Notes: a model not told the origin generated them from the letters alone. Shown: positions 35,560-51,808, counted from the stretch's first letter. The stretch is DNA of 64,000 bases from Ostrea edulis (GCF_947568905.1 NC_079169.1:51956001-52020000), one strand, 5' to 3'. Numbers and translations are program-made.

Positions 35560-38280
35560 CAAAAATCCAAAAATAAAATTATTTTTTGTTATTGATATTT
35601 GAAGATTGGTTTTATGTTCAAATCAAACTTCAAATTCTCTTAAGAAATGCTGAACGCTATCACATTCCCAAAACAAATGTTCAATTGTTTCTTCTTCTGT
35701 CTCAGAGAATGTACAATTCTTATCATCTCTAATTTTGATTTTCAATAAGTATGAGTTTGAAGCTAAAATTTTGTTCAGAATTCTATATTGAAACCATTGC
35801 AGTTTACAATTACTTGTAACTTTAAATGGCAATCTGAAAATCATTTTCCATTCTGCGTCATTTAATTCAAATATTTCATTCCACTTTCTTTTACCAGTAG
35901 GTTCTGTACAGTTTCGATTGAGAAGAGTATAAAATTGTCTTGATTTTTTGCATCGGAGAAGAGTATATATACTCGACATAATCAGAGGGTTTGTTGATTT
36001 AATTAATTTTTTTTATCAAATTTGACTTTTTTCATCCATGCTTTAATAGCATTTATAACACTCATATATTCTAAAAAATTAATTTTCACTTTTGGATAAA
36101 TGTTACAGAAAGATTCATAAGTCAGGAACAAACCCTCTTCACCAATAAGGTCATTAAGGTATTTAATATTATTGTGAAACATGGATTTATTAAGAAATAC
36201 TTTCCTACCCACAAGAAAGTTAGAATTGTAAAATATTGGAGTATCTGTTGTTACTGTAAATGGATTTTGTTTATGCTGTAGCTCAATCCAAGAATCAAAT
36301 ACATCAACCCAAAATTTGTTTTTCAGCGATGTCTTTATTTTTTTTTTATGTATTCTATTCCACATATAGTAACTTTATTCAGATCTAAATTTGGTATGAA
36401 ATTATGCAAACCCTATCTGAAAAATGGAGTTGTCTCATCCAAAACAATTTTAAAGAGGCTATAAAAGCCTTTACATTTATCATTTTTAACTCACCATCCT
36501 CCTATTGCTTTACAATTACCTCTTTTTTAAATTCTATGTTGAGAATGGTTCCACAAAAAAGAAAAGAATTGTTTATCTAATTTTTTACAATAGCTGTCAT
36601 TGGGATTTGGAATTGCCATAAAAATATGATTTGATAGAGGCAAGACCTGAGTTTTGATAACAGTAATTTTTCCTATTGGTGTCAAATGTCTTTTCTCCCA
36701 TTGGTTTAAGATTGATTTTATTCTGCTTAACTTTGGCTGACAATTTAGTTTAGACATGTTCTGTAACTCTACATCAAAATTAATTCAAAGTAGAGTAAAC
36801 TTACAAGTCCCCAATTCAGATGAAAGTCTTTAGAAAGGGTGCCCTGATTATATATTTTTTTATCCAATCCATATTGTATTGGTTTTTGAAAAATTAACTT
36901 TTAGTCCTGACATTTCAGAGAAGTGTTGCAATACTTTTATTGTTTCTAGAAGAGATTCCTTGCTACCATCGAGTGTAGTTGTGAATTTTTTTTTTTCATT
37001 ATTATTTATAGTTATACCTTTTTAATACTTTTATTTTCTCTTATTTGTATGGCTAAAATTTCTGCACAAAGAAGAAAAATATAAGGTGATAAAGGATCAC
37101 CTTGTCTACATCCTCTTTGAATGTTGAAAGATGCTGAGAGATTGCCACCTTGGTTAATAGTAGATATGATGTTGTGATAGAATAATTTCACCCATTTATG
37201 AATATTAGGTCCAAACTTAAAATAAGTTTAGGTATTTTGTATAAAATTCCATGAGAGGGTATCGAAGGCTTTCTCAAAGTCAATAAGTAGTAAAAGACCT
37301 GGGATTTCTTCTTCTTCAGTATACTGCATAATATCATAAATTAGTCGAGTATTTTCTCCAATATACCTGTTAGAAATGAAGCCAGTTTCATCAGAATTGA
37401 TAAGTTTATCCAAGTAAATCTTTAATCTATTTGCAATCCAAGTAAATCTTTAATCTATTTGCAATGGTACCAGAAGGTATTTTATATATAGTGTTCAGAA
37501 GTGTAATTAGACGCCAGTTTTTAAGATAGTGTCTTGGTTTGTCTCCTTTAGGTAAAAGTGTAAAAAATTCCATGTCTCAGTGTTATTGACAGAGTGTTAT
37601 TTTCATATGCATAGTTGATAGACCTTACAACAAATGTACCAAGGTATTTTCAAAAAACCTTTAAAAACTCAGCTGAGAACCCATCAGAGCCTGGTGATTT
37701 ATTTGCTTTCATTTTACTTAGTGTTGTAGAAGCCTCCTTCAATGTAGTTTTACCTTCTAAAAGCATACATTCCTCTCTGGATAACTTGGGAATATCTTCA
37801 TACTTTAATTCAGAATTTAAATCAACTATGTTTATTTCCTGTTTAGGTATAGAATATAAATTGTCATAAATTTGCTTTGTTTCATCCAATATTTCAAACT
37901 GGTCTTGAATTATCTCCCCACTATCTTTTATAAGTTTGGGAATTATTTTACAAGTAAGATTTCTACAAACTACAAAAATTAATGTGATGGTTTTTCTCCT
38001 TCTTCTGTCCATTTTGCTCTGCTTCTTACACATATATATTCCTTAAAGTTTATGATTTCTGAGTTTTTCCAGTTTTTGTTGTTGTTCATATAGTTCCTTT
38101 ATATTGTGTTCAGAACTAGTTTGTTCTAAAACCTTAATTTCTTCTATTAATTTTTTTCTTCATTCACTTGTTTATTTTTTATATATGCAAAGTAAGAAAT
38201 GCTTTTTCCTCTTATTTCCATAATTCCCTGATGTTAATAAAATGTATGTCTGTATTGAATCTCATTACTAGAAGGCCTAT
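35560..38280 (-). pseudogene. 5'-truncated, frameshifted L1/Tx1-clade LINE ORF2 (reverse transcriptase plus C-terminal Cys/His domain)
   Basis: KSPGSDGFSAEFLKVF, WRLITLLN, ETGFISNRYIGENTRL, LLLIDFEKAFDTLSW, GCRQGDPLSPYIF, LTPIGKITVIK, ETIEHLFWEC, spread over several frames with stops. Confidence 0.85.
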
Positions 38281-39171
38281 ATGAAAACGTTATAGAAGAC
38301 TCAAAGAATGTAACAATTTATGATCACAGCTAAAATATAAATGTAAAAAAATATACGCGCAATACAAAACAGCAATACATACGTACAGTACTACAGTGCC
38401 ACAGGAGCGACAGACTCCTTGAGGAAGTGTTCACGTTTGGTTGAAGGAGTTATCTTTCTTGGAAAAACGAAACCTTAGCGGAGCCATCAGAGTTGAAAGA
38501 ATTTTGATACCACCACAGGGATGATTCACATATCATGTGTGTCACAGACGGGTCCTCACTTTGATAGTGTTATATCCAAAGGACCTGTGACCCTGCCCCA
38601 CAATGGGGCTATACCCGTGACCTTCAAAATATTCAATAATCAAACTTTAAAATGTTCTCAATTTTAAACCAAATTCCAAGTATCGTGGCTCAGTTAAATA
38701 TACCCGCACGGAATACCCAAGTCTTTCAATACCTAAGTGGTTAATCATCCATCAGAATGCATTTAAACACACGTCATTAACTACCCGTATTGCTATTTAA
38801 AGCTTGACAGTGTACACAATATACAATTGTGTGCAAGTATAAGGAGAGAGAGACAGACAGACACGGAGAGGGGTGTACTTGCAGCTGGTGTCTGGGACGA
38901 TGACACCAAGTTATAACTAGTTAATCAGTCCTTACATTTTTATGAGCATCAATTTCTGAATGTATTTCCAAGATATATATAAATTACCCAGAAAATACAA
39001 AGACACGATAGTACAGTAATAGTTTTACTCATTTTCAATCTGAAATACTTTTTTTAAAGTCCCTACAGGTAGACTACACGAAATCAGTTAATATCATATA
39101 TAGATATATATTATATATATGTATATATAAAGTCTCTTTTTTTTCGAAGTAAAATAGAAAAAAACAACTCT

Positions 39172-39225
39172 AAACACTTTATAGAAATATTTCGACCGTG
39201 TTACCGGTCTTCTTCAGTCGTGTTT
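39172..39225 (-). ncRNA. Minimal type I hammerhead-like motif (Penelope-type), in an inverted pair
   Basis: CUGAAGA-AGACCG GUAACA CGGUC-GAAA-UAUUUCUAUA; stem I has two proximal mismatches; the inverted copy at 39266-39303 has UUGAAGA. Confidence 0.5.
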
Positions 39226-39303
39226 ATCTCTCATAGCAACCTAACGTTACATTACTATGAGAGATAAACACGATTGAAGAAGACCGGTAACACGGTCGAA
39301 ATA

Positions 39304-39470
39304 NNNNNNNNNNNNNNNNNNNNNNNNNNNNNNNNNNNNNNNNNNNNNNNNNNNNNNNNNNNNNNNNNNNNNNNNNNNNNNNNNNNNNNNNNNNNNNNNN
39401 NNNNNNNNNNNNNNNNNNNNNNNNNNNNNNNNNNNNNNNNNNNNNNNNNNNNNNNNNNNNNNNNNNNNNN
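39304..39470. other. Assembly gap (N run)
   Basis: Run of N. Confidence 0.98.
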
Positions 39471-41212
39471 ATAATTTAATTTTTTAGGATCCATTATATA
39501 TCCAACTATATATGAATGAAAAGCACATTTTTGTTAACAATATAAAATTCAATAACGTCATGATACATATCAAATACCAGGTTAAACTGCGGGAAACGAA
39601 ATCAGTAAAACAGAATCAGAGTCCTTTGATTATCATGAATTATTTAACAAAACAGGTCAAAAACGCAATATATAAAATACATAATCCAGAAACTTTACTC
39701 TACGTAGCTACACTTTAGTCAAGAATGAATACACAAACCACGAGATCATTACCACTTGAAAAATCTGGAGAGATGTACACTGATCAGAGTTCCGAAGAGG
39801 TCAAATCAGTTCTTATTCATGTTACAGAGAAACAGGTGGATGATCTAGTCAATTATATAAGCACAAATAATGTAATTATTACAATGACGTGTGTTAATAA
39901 TGTGATTTAACAAACATGTTCATCCATTCACACCCGCCTCTAAGAACTTGTGTGTTACTGTATGACATATATTCACATTTCCAATGTTTTTTATCTTTAT
40001 CATGAATGCGCCGGAGTTGTGAACAACATGCGTATGAATATTGATAATTATAGTAAGGTCTATTTTAACGGCTCAGAATTCCGACAAAAATGGAAGACGA
40101 ATGTAAATATACTTTCATTTTTGCTGCAACGTTTCACGCTGACGTACTTTTTATAGACGCGCATCGTGAAGTATATTGGCGTGAAGCGTCGCAGTTCATA
40201 CCCTCATGTATTTTCAAATGTGAAATGTATATATAATCATTTGTGAAATATTATTTACCAAACTATATATATGTAGGTTGTTTGAGTAGTTTGTGAACGT
40301 GTTTCATTTTATGAAAATTTAGGTTTCTATTTCTATATCACTATAAGTGCTTTCATAGAGTTATAAATACAATGAAATAGCATATGTTTATTTCTATTAA
40401 AAATATTAATATATGTAACTATTTAATTCATTAATAAATCAACACGTTTCCTTTGCTTTTGAAAGCGTTAGAAGTACCTAAACCTGTCTGTTGGGGGGGG
40501 GGGGGGCTATGAAAATTATGATGTGCTATCAGGAACAGATATATTTATCTTTTATGGGGATAATCCCATTCTTTAACTGATTTGTAATTAATCAAAAAGT
40601 GTTTTCTATTATTTCTTCATTTTGGTCACAAAATACACACGTTCTGCGCTCAGCGCATCTTACGTATTTGGCAATTTTTTTTTTTTTTTTTTGGCCAGTC
40701 TGAGGTCTGCAATCCCCCATTTTTGGAAAATGAAAGTATCATTTTAGGTCGAATCCCCCTGTATTTTTTTCTCTGGTTCTGACCCCACCCCACCCCCCGA
40801 GTACTCTTTGAGTCAGTATGTATTCGTTTTAAAAACATTTTTGAAATAATCGTACCAAATAGTCCCAGACTTCTAGGGTAGTTTCTCATCAGCTGATTCA
40901 AAATAGCAGGTTTAGCTTCAAATAGCATACACCATGATACACTGTACATTCAGGGAGTCTATCAATGTTTTACATACATAAGAAATACTGCCTTACTCAG
41001 GCAAATTCCCCTCAAAAATCTCCCACAATAGGGCCAAAATTTCCCAAGGTTAAACGCAGCTTGATTTCAACTATATGAAAATAGTTATAAGGAAAATATT
41101 GGACAGTTACAGGATGTTTTCGTCATTTAATCAAGAATTTTTTTTTTTTTTTTTTTTTTTTTTTTGAACTTTGTATGATGTCGATTTACACTTTATATAT
41201 AATCAAGTGCAG

Positions 41213-41250
<38 letters not shown>

Positions 41251-41254
<4 letters not shown>

Positions 41255-41289
41255 CAAAGCACTTTCGCTTTACGGCTCTTCAGTGGAAT
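41251..41289 (-). ncRNA. Minimal type I hammerhead ribozyme candidate
   Basis: AUUCCA CUGAAGA GC-CGUAAA-GC GAAA GUGCUU UGGAAU: perfect 6-bp stem I, intact core, 2-bp stems II and III; abuts a (TA)n tract. Confidence 0.6.
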
Positions 41290-42511
41290 TTAAATAATAA
41301 TTGATATACATGTATACATATTCCATATTGACATTGAACTGTAACATCAGCTGAAATCCTTTTTGGAGAGGATATCTTGTTATATGTTTTTGTTCACGAT
41401 TTTAATGCGATTAAGATATAAAAAGAAATAAAATAAATAAGCAACAACAAAACTGCATGCTTGTATATATCCTCCATTGTCTAGAAATTTTTTTTTTTTT
41501 TTTTTTTTTTTACAAAAATGTATTTTTTATTTGACTTTCGCATTATATACATGCATGTAATTTAACACTACACAGCAATATCATCAATATTCATATGCGA
41601 AAGGCTTTTCATAAATATAAGGAGAGAGAGAAAGAAAGAAAGAGAGAGAGAGAACACAAAGTAGATTAGGGCATATTACACAATCTTAGGTTGAAAATAA
41701 AAAAGATATCTTTAATGCACTAATACAGTCATAATGTATCATAATATTTTGCCAGTATCTCTGAAACTCCCCATACCTGCAGTTTTTCAGCAACAAAAGT
41801 TTTGTAGATGAAATTGTATGAACAATACTAAGTCATACTCCAAAATAATATTTGTTTATTTTTTAGCGCCAACTTGATTTGTTTTTGGTGATTGTATGAA
41901 AGTATCTATCATTTTCTTTTACTCTTTAAGATACATTTTAAACTCTTGTAAATGACTATCTGCATACAATACACTGGAATTATCCTATTATATACTATCA
42001 AAATACAGTTTACAAAACACATTGAAAAAAATCTGCTAATTTTCCGTTTCACAATATGCATTTTTCAGCCATATTTGAAATTTTTGGTGCATTTACCAAC
42101 ATATGCCCTGTACTGGGTGAAGGTGGTGTACACTTTTGCACTTGATTACAGAGAAGTGTACACTTTGTGGTCAGTGTGAACGAATTAAGCACGCCTGTAA
42201 TAAAACTTTTTCGACTTTATCCCCAGTGCATATGATTTGATATGTTTTTGATCGTGATTTAACAATATCTGTAAGAATTTGGGGACGGATTTTACTATCA
42301 CGAAAATAAGTTAGGAGTGCGAGATATTTCTTTTTTTAATTTAGACGTATGTTTAAAGATCTTTACTTTAAATTGGTATCCAAGCGATGAGTTACATTAC
42401 AAAATAGAAAGATTCAATTCAACACCTTTTACCAAACACAAAACAAAGAATCATTGATCAGTGCATCCAGGAGCAATCATCAAAAATCTTTGGTTTAAAA
42501 AAAACTTGGAT

Positions 42512-42560
<49 letters not shown>

Positions 42561-42569
42561 ATACACAAG

Positions 42570-42930
42570 AAAAAGAAGTCCATATGTTGATTTACTATCC
42601 TTTCTTAGTAGAATTAGATTAAGTGCACATAAACTTGCAATAGAAAGTGGTAGATATAATTCCACATCAATGAATGAAAGATGTTGTAATGCTTGCAATA
42701 TACTGGTGTGATCGAGGCTGAAATTCATTTTCTTTTTCAATGTAAATCTTATTCTAAGCTAGGAAACACCTACCTTAGAAACATTTATAATATAACACAG
42801 AAAAATATTACTCTGGACAATGAAAGATACATGTTACAAATATGTGATATACATAAAGTCTTAAAAATTACTGTGAAATTTATTAGAGACTGTTTTGAAT
42901 ACAGAAGTCAATTACTTTCGACTACATAAA
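42570..42930 (+). pseudogene. Decayed 3' end of LINE ORF2 (CR1/L2-like)
   Basis: IRLSAHKLAIESGRY...ERCCNAC...IEAEIHFLFQCKSY. Confidence 0.6.
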
Positions 42931-43424
42931 GATTATGTAAACATTTAGTCCGAAATATCTGACGTTTTCCTGGCTTTTTTTTTTTTTTAATGATTTTGAT
43001 ATTCACTGACAGTAAATAAACGTAAGATATTTCGGACTAGTAAACATTATGTAATGATGTTCAATGGACCTTTGCCAATTATTGTAATTGTGTTTGTGCC
43101 AATAAATATATATATAGAAGCAAACTCAAATTTTGACGCAACCCGCGTCTTTATCAAAAGACATATATTACATAAACAAATATCACACACCACGAAAAAA
43201 CGACAATCTACATTGTTAATAAGAATGATACACTGTTGTACTGAATTGAGAAAAATGGGGGGAGGGGAGGTTGTAAGCGTGTCTACAGACGATGGTGTAG
43301 AGAGTACATGTACCATGGTCGGGTCGGAATAGAAATAAAATCATTTTTCAAAATTATAGAAATCAGACAAATTTAGAGAAAATTTCCAAAACAAGGGAAG
43401 ATAATGATTTGGAGTGATTAAGTT

Positions 43425-43469
<45 letters not shown>

Positions 43470-43984
43470 AACAAACTTTTATTTAAACGACATGTTCATC
43501 AAACAATGACTTCCTTATTCCAATTCACTTTAATTAATAAATTTATCTAAATGCAAATGGGCCTACATATACGAAAATATTACAATTCATTATCTGAATT
43601 AAAAACAAATTTCTTTGTCTTCATATTTCATTTACCTTTTTTCAAATCTTGAAATACGGATACCAGTGAAGCTGGTAATACTAGTGGGTGAAAAATAAGA
43701 ACAAACTACAAATAATAAATTGATGGTTATTTATTGTAGAACTTACTTTATACTGTAAAACAACATAGCATTTTCAAATCAAATTACAAGTTATTGTATA
43801 ACATCTAGAAAATTCTATTTTGAAAATAAGATTTCGTAGAAATTACTCACGATCACGAAACGAAAGCGGAAGAATGTAGAAATCTCGAGAACGGCCATTC
43901 GGCTAATATCGTCCGATTACGGTACCCTTCATCAATTAGATGTAATCGTCCGAGATGTACCGAGTGTGAGAACCGCCTAACATG

Positions 43985-44070
43985 AATCACGTGGTGTGGA
44001 TTTCGTGATTGTATTGGTTATGAACATTCTAGATTCTTCTTGTGACGTCACATCCTCCTTTTCTATTAAA
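43985..44070 (+). promoter_or_regulatory. HSC70 proximal promoter: E-box, inverted CCAAT, heat-shock element, CRE, TATA-like box
   Basis: CACGTG 43988-93; ATTGG 44013-17; tGAAc aTTCt aGATt cTTCt 44021-40; TGACGTCA 44043-50; TATTAAA 44064-70. A non-coding exon ends at 44146 (GTATGT donor); acceptor at 45088. Confidence 0.7.
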
Positions 44071-45092
44071 GATTGGAACACGCCGGGGTTAAGAACATAC
44101 CGGTAGAAAAAGGAGAAGAGGTTAGCAGGTGTAGAAGAACCAACAGGTATGTGTTTTTAGGAGAGAGTATATCAGTATACTAGGAACTATGAATTCAAGC
44201 CCAATCTTGGTCAAACAACCCTTTCAAAAAGTCGATCAGTAACCTAACTAGTGTGGCGCGGTGGAAGCGCACGTGATTGGCAACGCCGAGGTCAAATTTT
44301 TACCAGAACACATTTTTGTTTAAAACTTGTATAAGTTTTTGAATATGTTGTTATTATTATTATTTTCATTTCACAGTACACGTCTCTGCATTTCAACATT
44401 TTTTTTTTTTCGGAAGAACAAAGACCGGACATGATGTATCGATCTATCGGACATGCTTTGTCCAGCTTGTATTGAGAGTTTTACATATGAATGACTACAT
44501 GTATTGTATGGCTCAAGCTTCTTTCAAGGTGATCCAAACTAAATCCAGTACAAATAAATTCTTGCTCCTTTGTTTCTATAAATCTCGAGAATCCAACGCG
44601 GTCAGCATGGAGGTAACCTATTCGTTTATTAATTGATCAGCGATTCACTGTCGGATCCCAAAGAAGGGCATTCCTGTCAACAAGGGAATAAAGTCTATAT
44701 GTATTCTGTGTCGGGGTTAAAATACTGGAATGCATATAAACTAAGGAACAAAATCTTGAAAAGTGGAAAAAATATGACTGTTGATTGAATTTTGTGAAAG
44801 TACATAAACTTTATTGAGTAATTCCATCAAGTCACAATGTGTTGCAAATCTATTATCTTTTCCTACATAAACTTTAAGTCACAGTGTGTGCAATCCTTAT
44901 CTATGGATCTTGTGCATACCGCATGACTGCCTTGCCACAGTGCAATAATTAACAATGATAAATCTCTAGTAATAACAGGGTGTTAACGAAGTTTCTAAAG
45001 AATGATATTGAGTACAAACCACAAGAGTGTATATAGTATTGGAGCATACAACTTTCTTGGTTTTGCTGACAAAGACTTTTTTTTCTAGCAAC

Positions 45093-47970
<2,878 letters not shown>

Positions 47971-48339
47971 GAAGTTATTACTACTGCATAATGAAAACCA
48001 TGAGACTATTGTCAACTGTATAGTCCCATTTGTTGTGTAAAGTTGCTTTGACTTTATATGCTCATGTTGAAAAAGTTGCTAACTTCAGAACAAAACTTAA
48101 ACAAGTAAAAACTTTGATCTGTTGTTTTATTTCATAGTATGGGGACGCCAGTGTCCTATTTTGTCGGAGTTTGATTTGCAATTTCCCTCTACTTCTCCAC
48201 ACAATGCGTTGAGCTGTGAAATTTGTTTTCTTGGCTCCCCTAGGGCTTAATGGATGCCAGAACTGTCAAATAAGGCCATTGCAATAAAGGCGCATTAACT
48301 GATGGCAACCATTTGTAGCTCATGAGTTATTCTGACGTA

Positions 48340-48899
48340 TGAAAGCTTCCCGACAGTGCAGATAAGTTTCTTCAAATGATGGCCCACTGGGTAATGTGGG
48401 GTTGAAGAAACGTTGAAAGCTTACTGACTGCAGATGCAAGTACAAATAATGGGCCACAATAGGTGATCGGAGTATCGCATTCAAGTATATATAAAAGAAA
48501 ATTTTTACATAGAAATATATAGGATAAATCTTTAAAAATCTTCTCAAGAACCACTGATCTAGAAAAGTGGAGATTTACAGTGAAAGCTTCCTGATATAGT
48601 GAAGATTCAAGTTTGTTAAGATGATGGCCCGCGGGGGTCGGATGGGGCAACAATAGGGGATCAAATTTTTGCATACAAATATATAGGATAAATCTTTAAA
48701 AATCTTCTCAAGAACCACTGAGCCAGAAAAGCTGATATTTACATGAAAGCTTCCTGACATAATGCAGATTCAAGTTTTTTTTTCAAATCATGGCCCCCGG
48801 GGTTTGGATGGTGCCACAATAGGGGATCAAAGTTTTACATACAAATATATAGGGAAAATCTTTAAATATGAGCGATGTGGCCCTTGGACCTCTTGTTTA
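48340..48899 (-). mobile_element. Truncated Helentron-like element with ~3 Cg170/HindIII-type units
   Basis: ~165-bp units containing AAGCTT; ends GAGCGATGTGGCCCTTGGACCTCTTGTT. Confidence 0.65.
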
Positions 48900-48973
48900 A
48901 AATTGCTTGAACTATTTAGCTAGGGTTTTTCTTTGTATGTACATTTTTTGTTTTACAAAAAAGACCTATAGGT

Positions 48974-49245
48974 CACAGGCACTTGTTTCTGTATAATAAT
49001 TTACGGCTTCTGTGTTATTAGTATACAGAGGTCGCAAGTTATTTACAGTTATTATTAGTATACAGAGGTCGCAAGTTATTTACAGTTATTATTAGTATAC
49101 AGAGGTCGCAAGTTATTTACAGTTATTAGTATACAGAGGTCGCAAGTTATTTACAGATATTATTAGTATACAGAGGTCGCAAGTTATTTACAGTTATTAT
49201 TAGTATACAGAGGTCGCATGTAATTTACAGAAACAGGTGTCTGTG
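48974..49245. mobile_element. hAT-type MITE with internally amplified ~37-bp repeat
   Basis: TIR CACAGGCACTTGTTTCTGTA; 8-bp TSD CTATAGGT on both sides; about 6 copies of TTATTAGTATACAGAGGTCGCAAGTTATTTACAG. Confidence 0.8.
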
Positions 49246-49843
49246 CTATAGGTCTATATTTCATGGGATTTTTCTTCACATACTTTATCACTATGTCAAT
49301 TGGACGATTATGGTAATGCTGACAAAAGAACAGAAGTTCAGCGTGCATTGATAAATTTACGTAGATCTGTATTAACATTATAATTTGTTAAAATTCAAAC
49401 ATAATTTCTATTGACTCCAGCGACATTGTCATGAGTAGGTCTAATGGGGGAAAAAACCTATCCAGATCTTGGTATCTTATAGGTGGAGTCTCGATGAAAA
49501 GTGAAGATAACGAACAGTAATAAGCAATAGAAAATAGAGAGTTGGGCAAACACGGACCCCTGGATATACAAGAGGTGGAATCAGGTGTCTAGGAGGAGTA
49601 AGCATCCCCTGTCGACCGGTCATACCCGCTGTGAGCCCTATATCTTGATCAGGTAAACGTAGTTATCAGTAGTCAAAATTAGTGTGCCAAGAATGGCCTA
49701 ACATACGGTATGATACAGCATTTGACCCAATGATGGATGTATTGGCAACCAGATTGTTATAACGACCATAAACTTTGCGAATGGATAATATCAAAGTTGA
49801 ACATCAAAAGCTTTGAATTCCTATCAAGGTTATATAGTACGTG

Positions 49844-49953
49844 CACAGGCACTTGTTTCTGTAAATAACTTACGACCTCTGTATATTAATAATAACACGT
49901 GTTATTATTAGTATACAGAGGTCGTAAGTTAATTACAGAAACAAGTGCCTGTG
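49844..49953. mobile_element. 110-bp palindromic hAT-type MITE (unexpanded form)
   Basis: Same TIR; flanks AGTACGTG / AATACGTG (8-bp TSD, 1 mismatch). Confidence 0.8.
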
Positions 49954-50062
49954 AATACGTGGGTGTATGAACATTAGAAAAGATCTTTTTTTAATGTTGT
50001 GAAAAACTATTTGGTTCAGAGTGAACAGAAAATAGGACATTAGAACTATTTTTATTTATTGA

Positions 50063-50079
50063 TTTTTAGCTCACCTGAG

Positions 50080-50123
<44 letters not shown>

Positions 50124-50141
50124 TGTCGGCGTTGGCATCGT

Positions 50142-50172
<31 letters not shown>

Positions 50173-50175
50173 AAA

Positions 50176-50206
<31 letters not shown>

Positions 50207-51033
50207 CAAAAGTATCCTTGGGTAAAGGGCTTTCAAGTTTGTTCAAATGAATTACCCCTGGGGTTAGGATGGGGCCACAATAGGGGATCAAAGTTTTATA
50301 TAGAAATATATATAGGAAAAATCTTCTCAAGAACCAATGAGCCAGAAGAGCTGAGATTTACATGAAAGCTTCCTGGCATAGTGCAGATTCAAGTCTGTTC
50401 AACTCATGGTCCCCAGGGGTAGATTGGGGCCACAATAGCCAGGGGATCAAAGTTTTACATACAAATATAGGCCCTATAGGGAAAATCTTTAAAAATCTTC
50501 TCAAGAGCCAATGAGTCGAAAGAGCTGAAATTTACATGAAAACTTCCTGACATAGTGCAGATTCAAGTTTGTTCAAATCATGGCCCCCGGGGGTAGATTG
50601 GGGCCACAATAGGAGATCAAAGTTTTACATAGAAATATACAGGGGAAATCTTTACGAATCATCTTCTCAAAAATCAATGAGCCAGAGAGCTGAGATTTAC
50701 ATGAAAGCTTCCTGACATAGTGCAGATTCAAGTTTGTTAAACTCATGATCCCTGGGGTTAGGATGGGCCACAATAGGGAATCAAAGGAAATTGTGAATAA
50801 ATAGAAAAAAACTTTAAAAATCATCCTCTCAAGAACCGATGAGCCAGAGGAGCTGAGATTTACATGAAAGCTTCCTGACATAGTGCAGATTCACGTTTGT
50901 AAAAATCATGGCCTCCAGTGGTAGGTTGGGGCCACAATACGGACTAAGGTTTTAGATGCAAATATATATGGAAAGTCTTCAGATATGGGCCAAGGTAACT
51001 CAGGTGAGCGATGTGGCCCTTGGGCTTCTTATT
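50063..51033 (-). mobile_element. Full-length Helentron/HINE-like element with 4-5 Cg170/HindIII-type satellite units
   Basis: TTTTTAGCTCACCTGAGC.AAGGCTCAAGTGAGC hairpin end, GTCCGTTGTCTGTCGGCG microsatellite, ~165-bp AAGCTT-containing units, CAGGTGAGCGATGTGGCCC end. Confidence 0.75.
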
Positions 51034-51321
51034 TAAAAATGACAATAATTACTCAAAAATGAAATTGAGGAGGATATAAGCACCACGTACCATAATTCAT
51101 TCAACAAATGTATAAGTAGGAAATCGATTGTCTTGCAAGACCATATTTAATCAACAAAATCATATATTCACGTGCCTGTTTTGAGGTGTAAAAGTGTTTA
51201 AAATAATTCAATACTGGTGTTATTGTTATAGATATACGTTATAACTATCATTGAATTCAATCTTTAGTGATAAAATTACAGGAAGTTAAATCTTAGAAAA
51301 ATCCTTTACTTTTACAGTGTA

Positions 51322-51644
51322 CAGGGCCGTAAATTAACCTTCAATTTGGAGGAGGCAGGAAATTAGGCGGGGGTCTGGGGGCCGCCCAGGCCCCCAGACG
51401 CTGAGCACATTTTGTGCACACTGAACACGTTTCGTGCAAAATCCTTGATTCTAGGGCCTTCTAAGATGTTACTTGACTAACTCATTCTAAAAGAAAGATT
51501 TGGAATGCTTTTTAAGGGAGGTATCATGTTCTTAGTTATTGGAAACAACATAAATTCTAATGAACTTTAAATTTTAATTTTTTTTTGGCGCAAAAGTTGG
51601 AGGAGGCAGCTGCCTCCTCCGCCTCCATGTAATTTACGGCCCTG
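51322..51644. mobile_element. MITE with CAG termini and 5-bp TSD (hAT5-like), copy 2
   Basis: TSD GTGTA on both sides; about 6 substitutions relative to 13784-14105. Confidence 0.85.
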
Positions 51645-51656
51645 GTGTATTTAAGA

Positions 51657-51808
51657 AATAAGGTATCATTTAAAAATATTTATCGGGATATAAATACGGG
51701 TTGGTCACGTGATCAAATTCCATAAAGCCCGAAGGGCTTTATGGAAAATTTGATCATGTACCAACCCGTATTTATATCCCGATAAATATTTTTAAATGAT
51801 ACCTTATT
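51657..51808. repeat. ~150-bp near-perfect palindrome centred on AAGCCC-GAA-GGGCTT
   Basis: Arms AATAAGGTATCATTTAAAAATATTTATCGGGATATAAATACGGGTTGG and its reverse complement. Confidence 0.9.
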
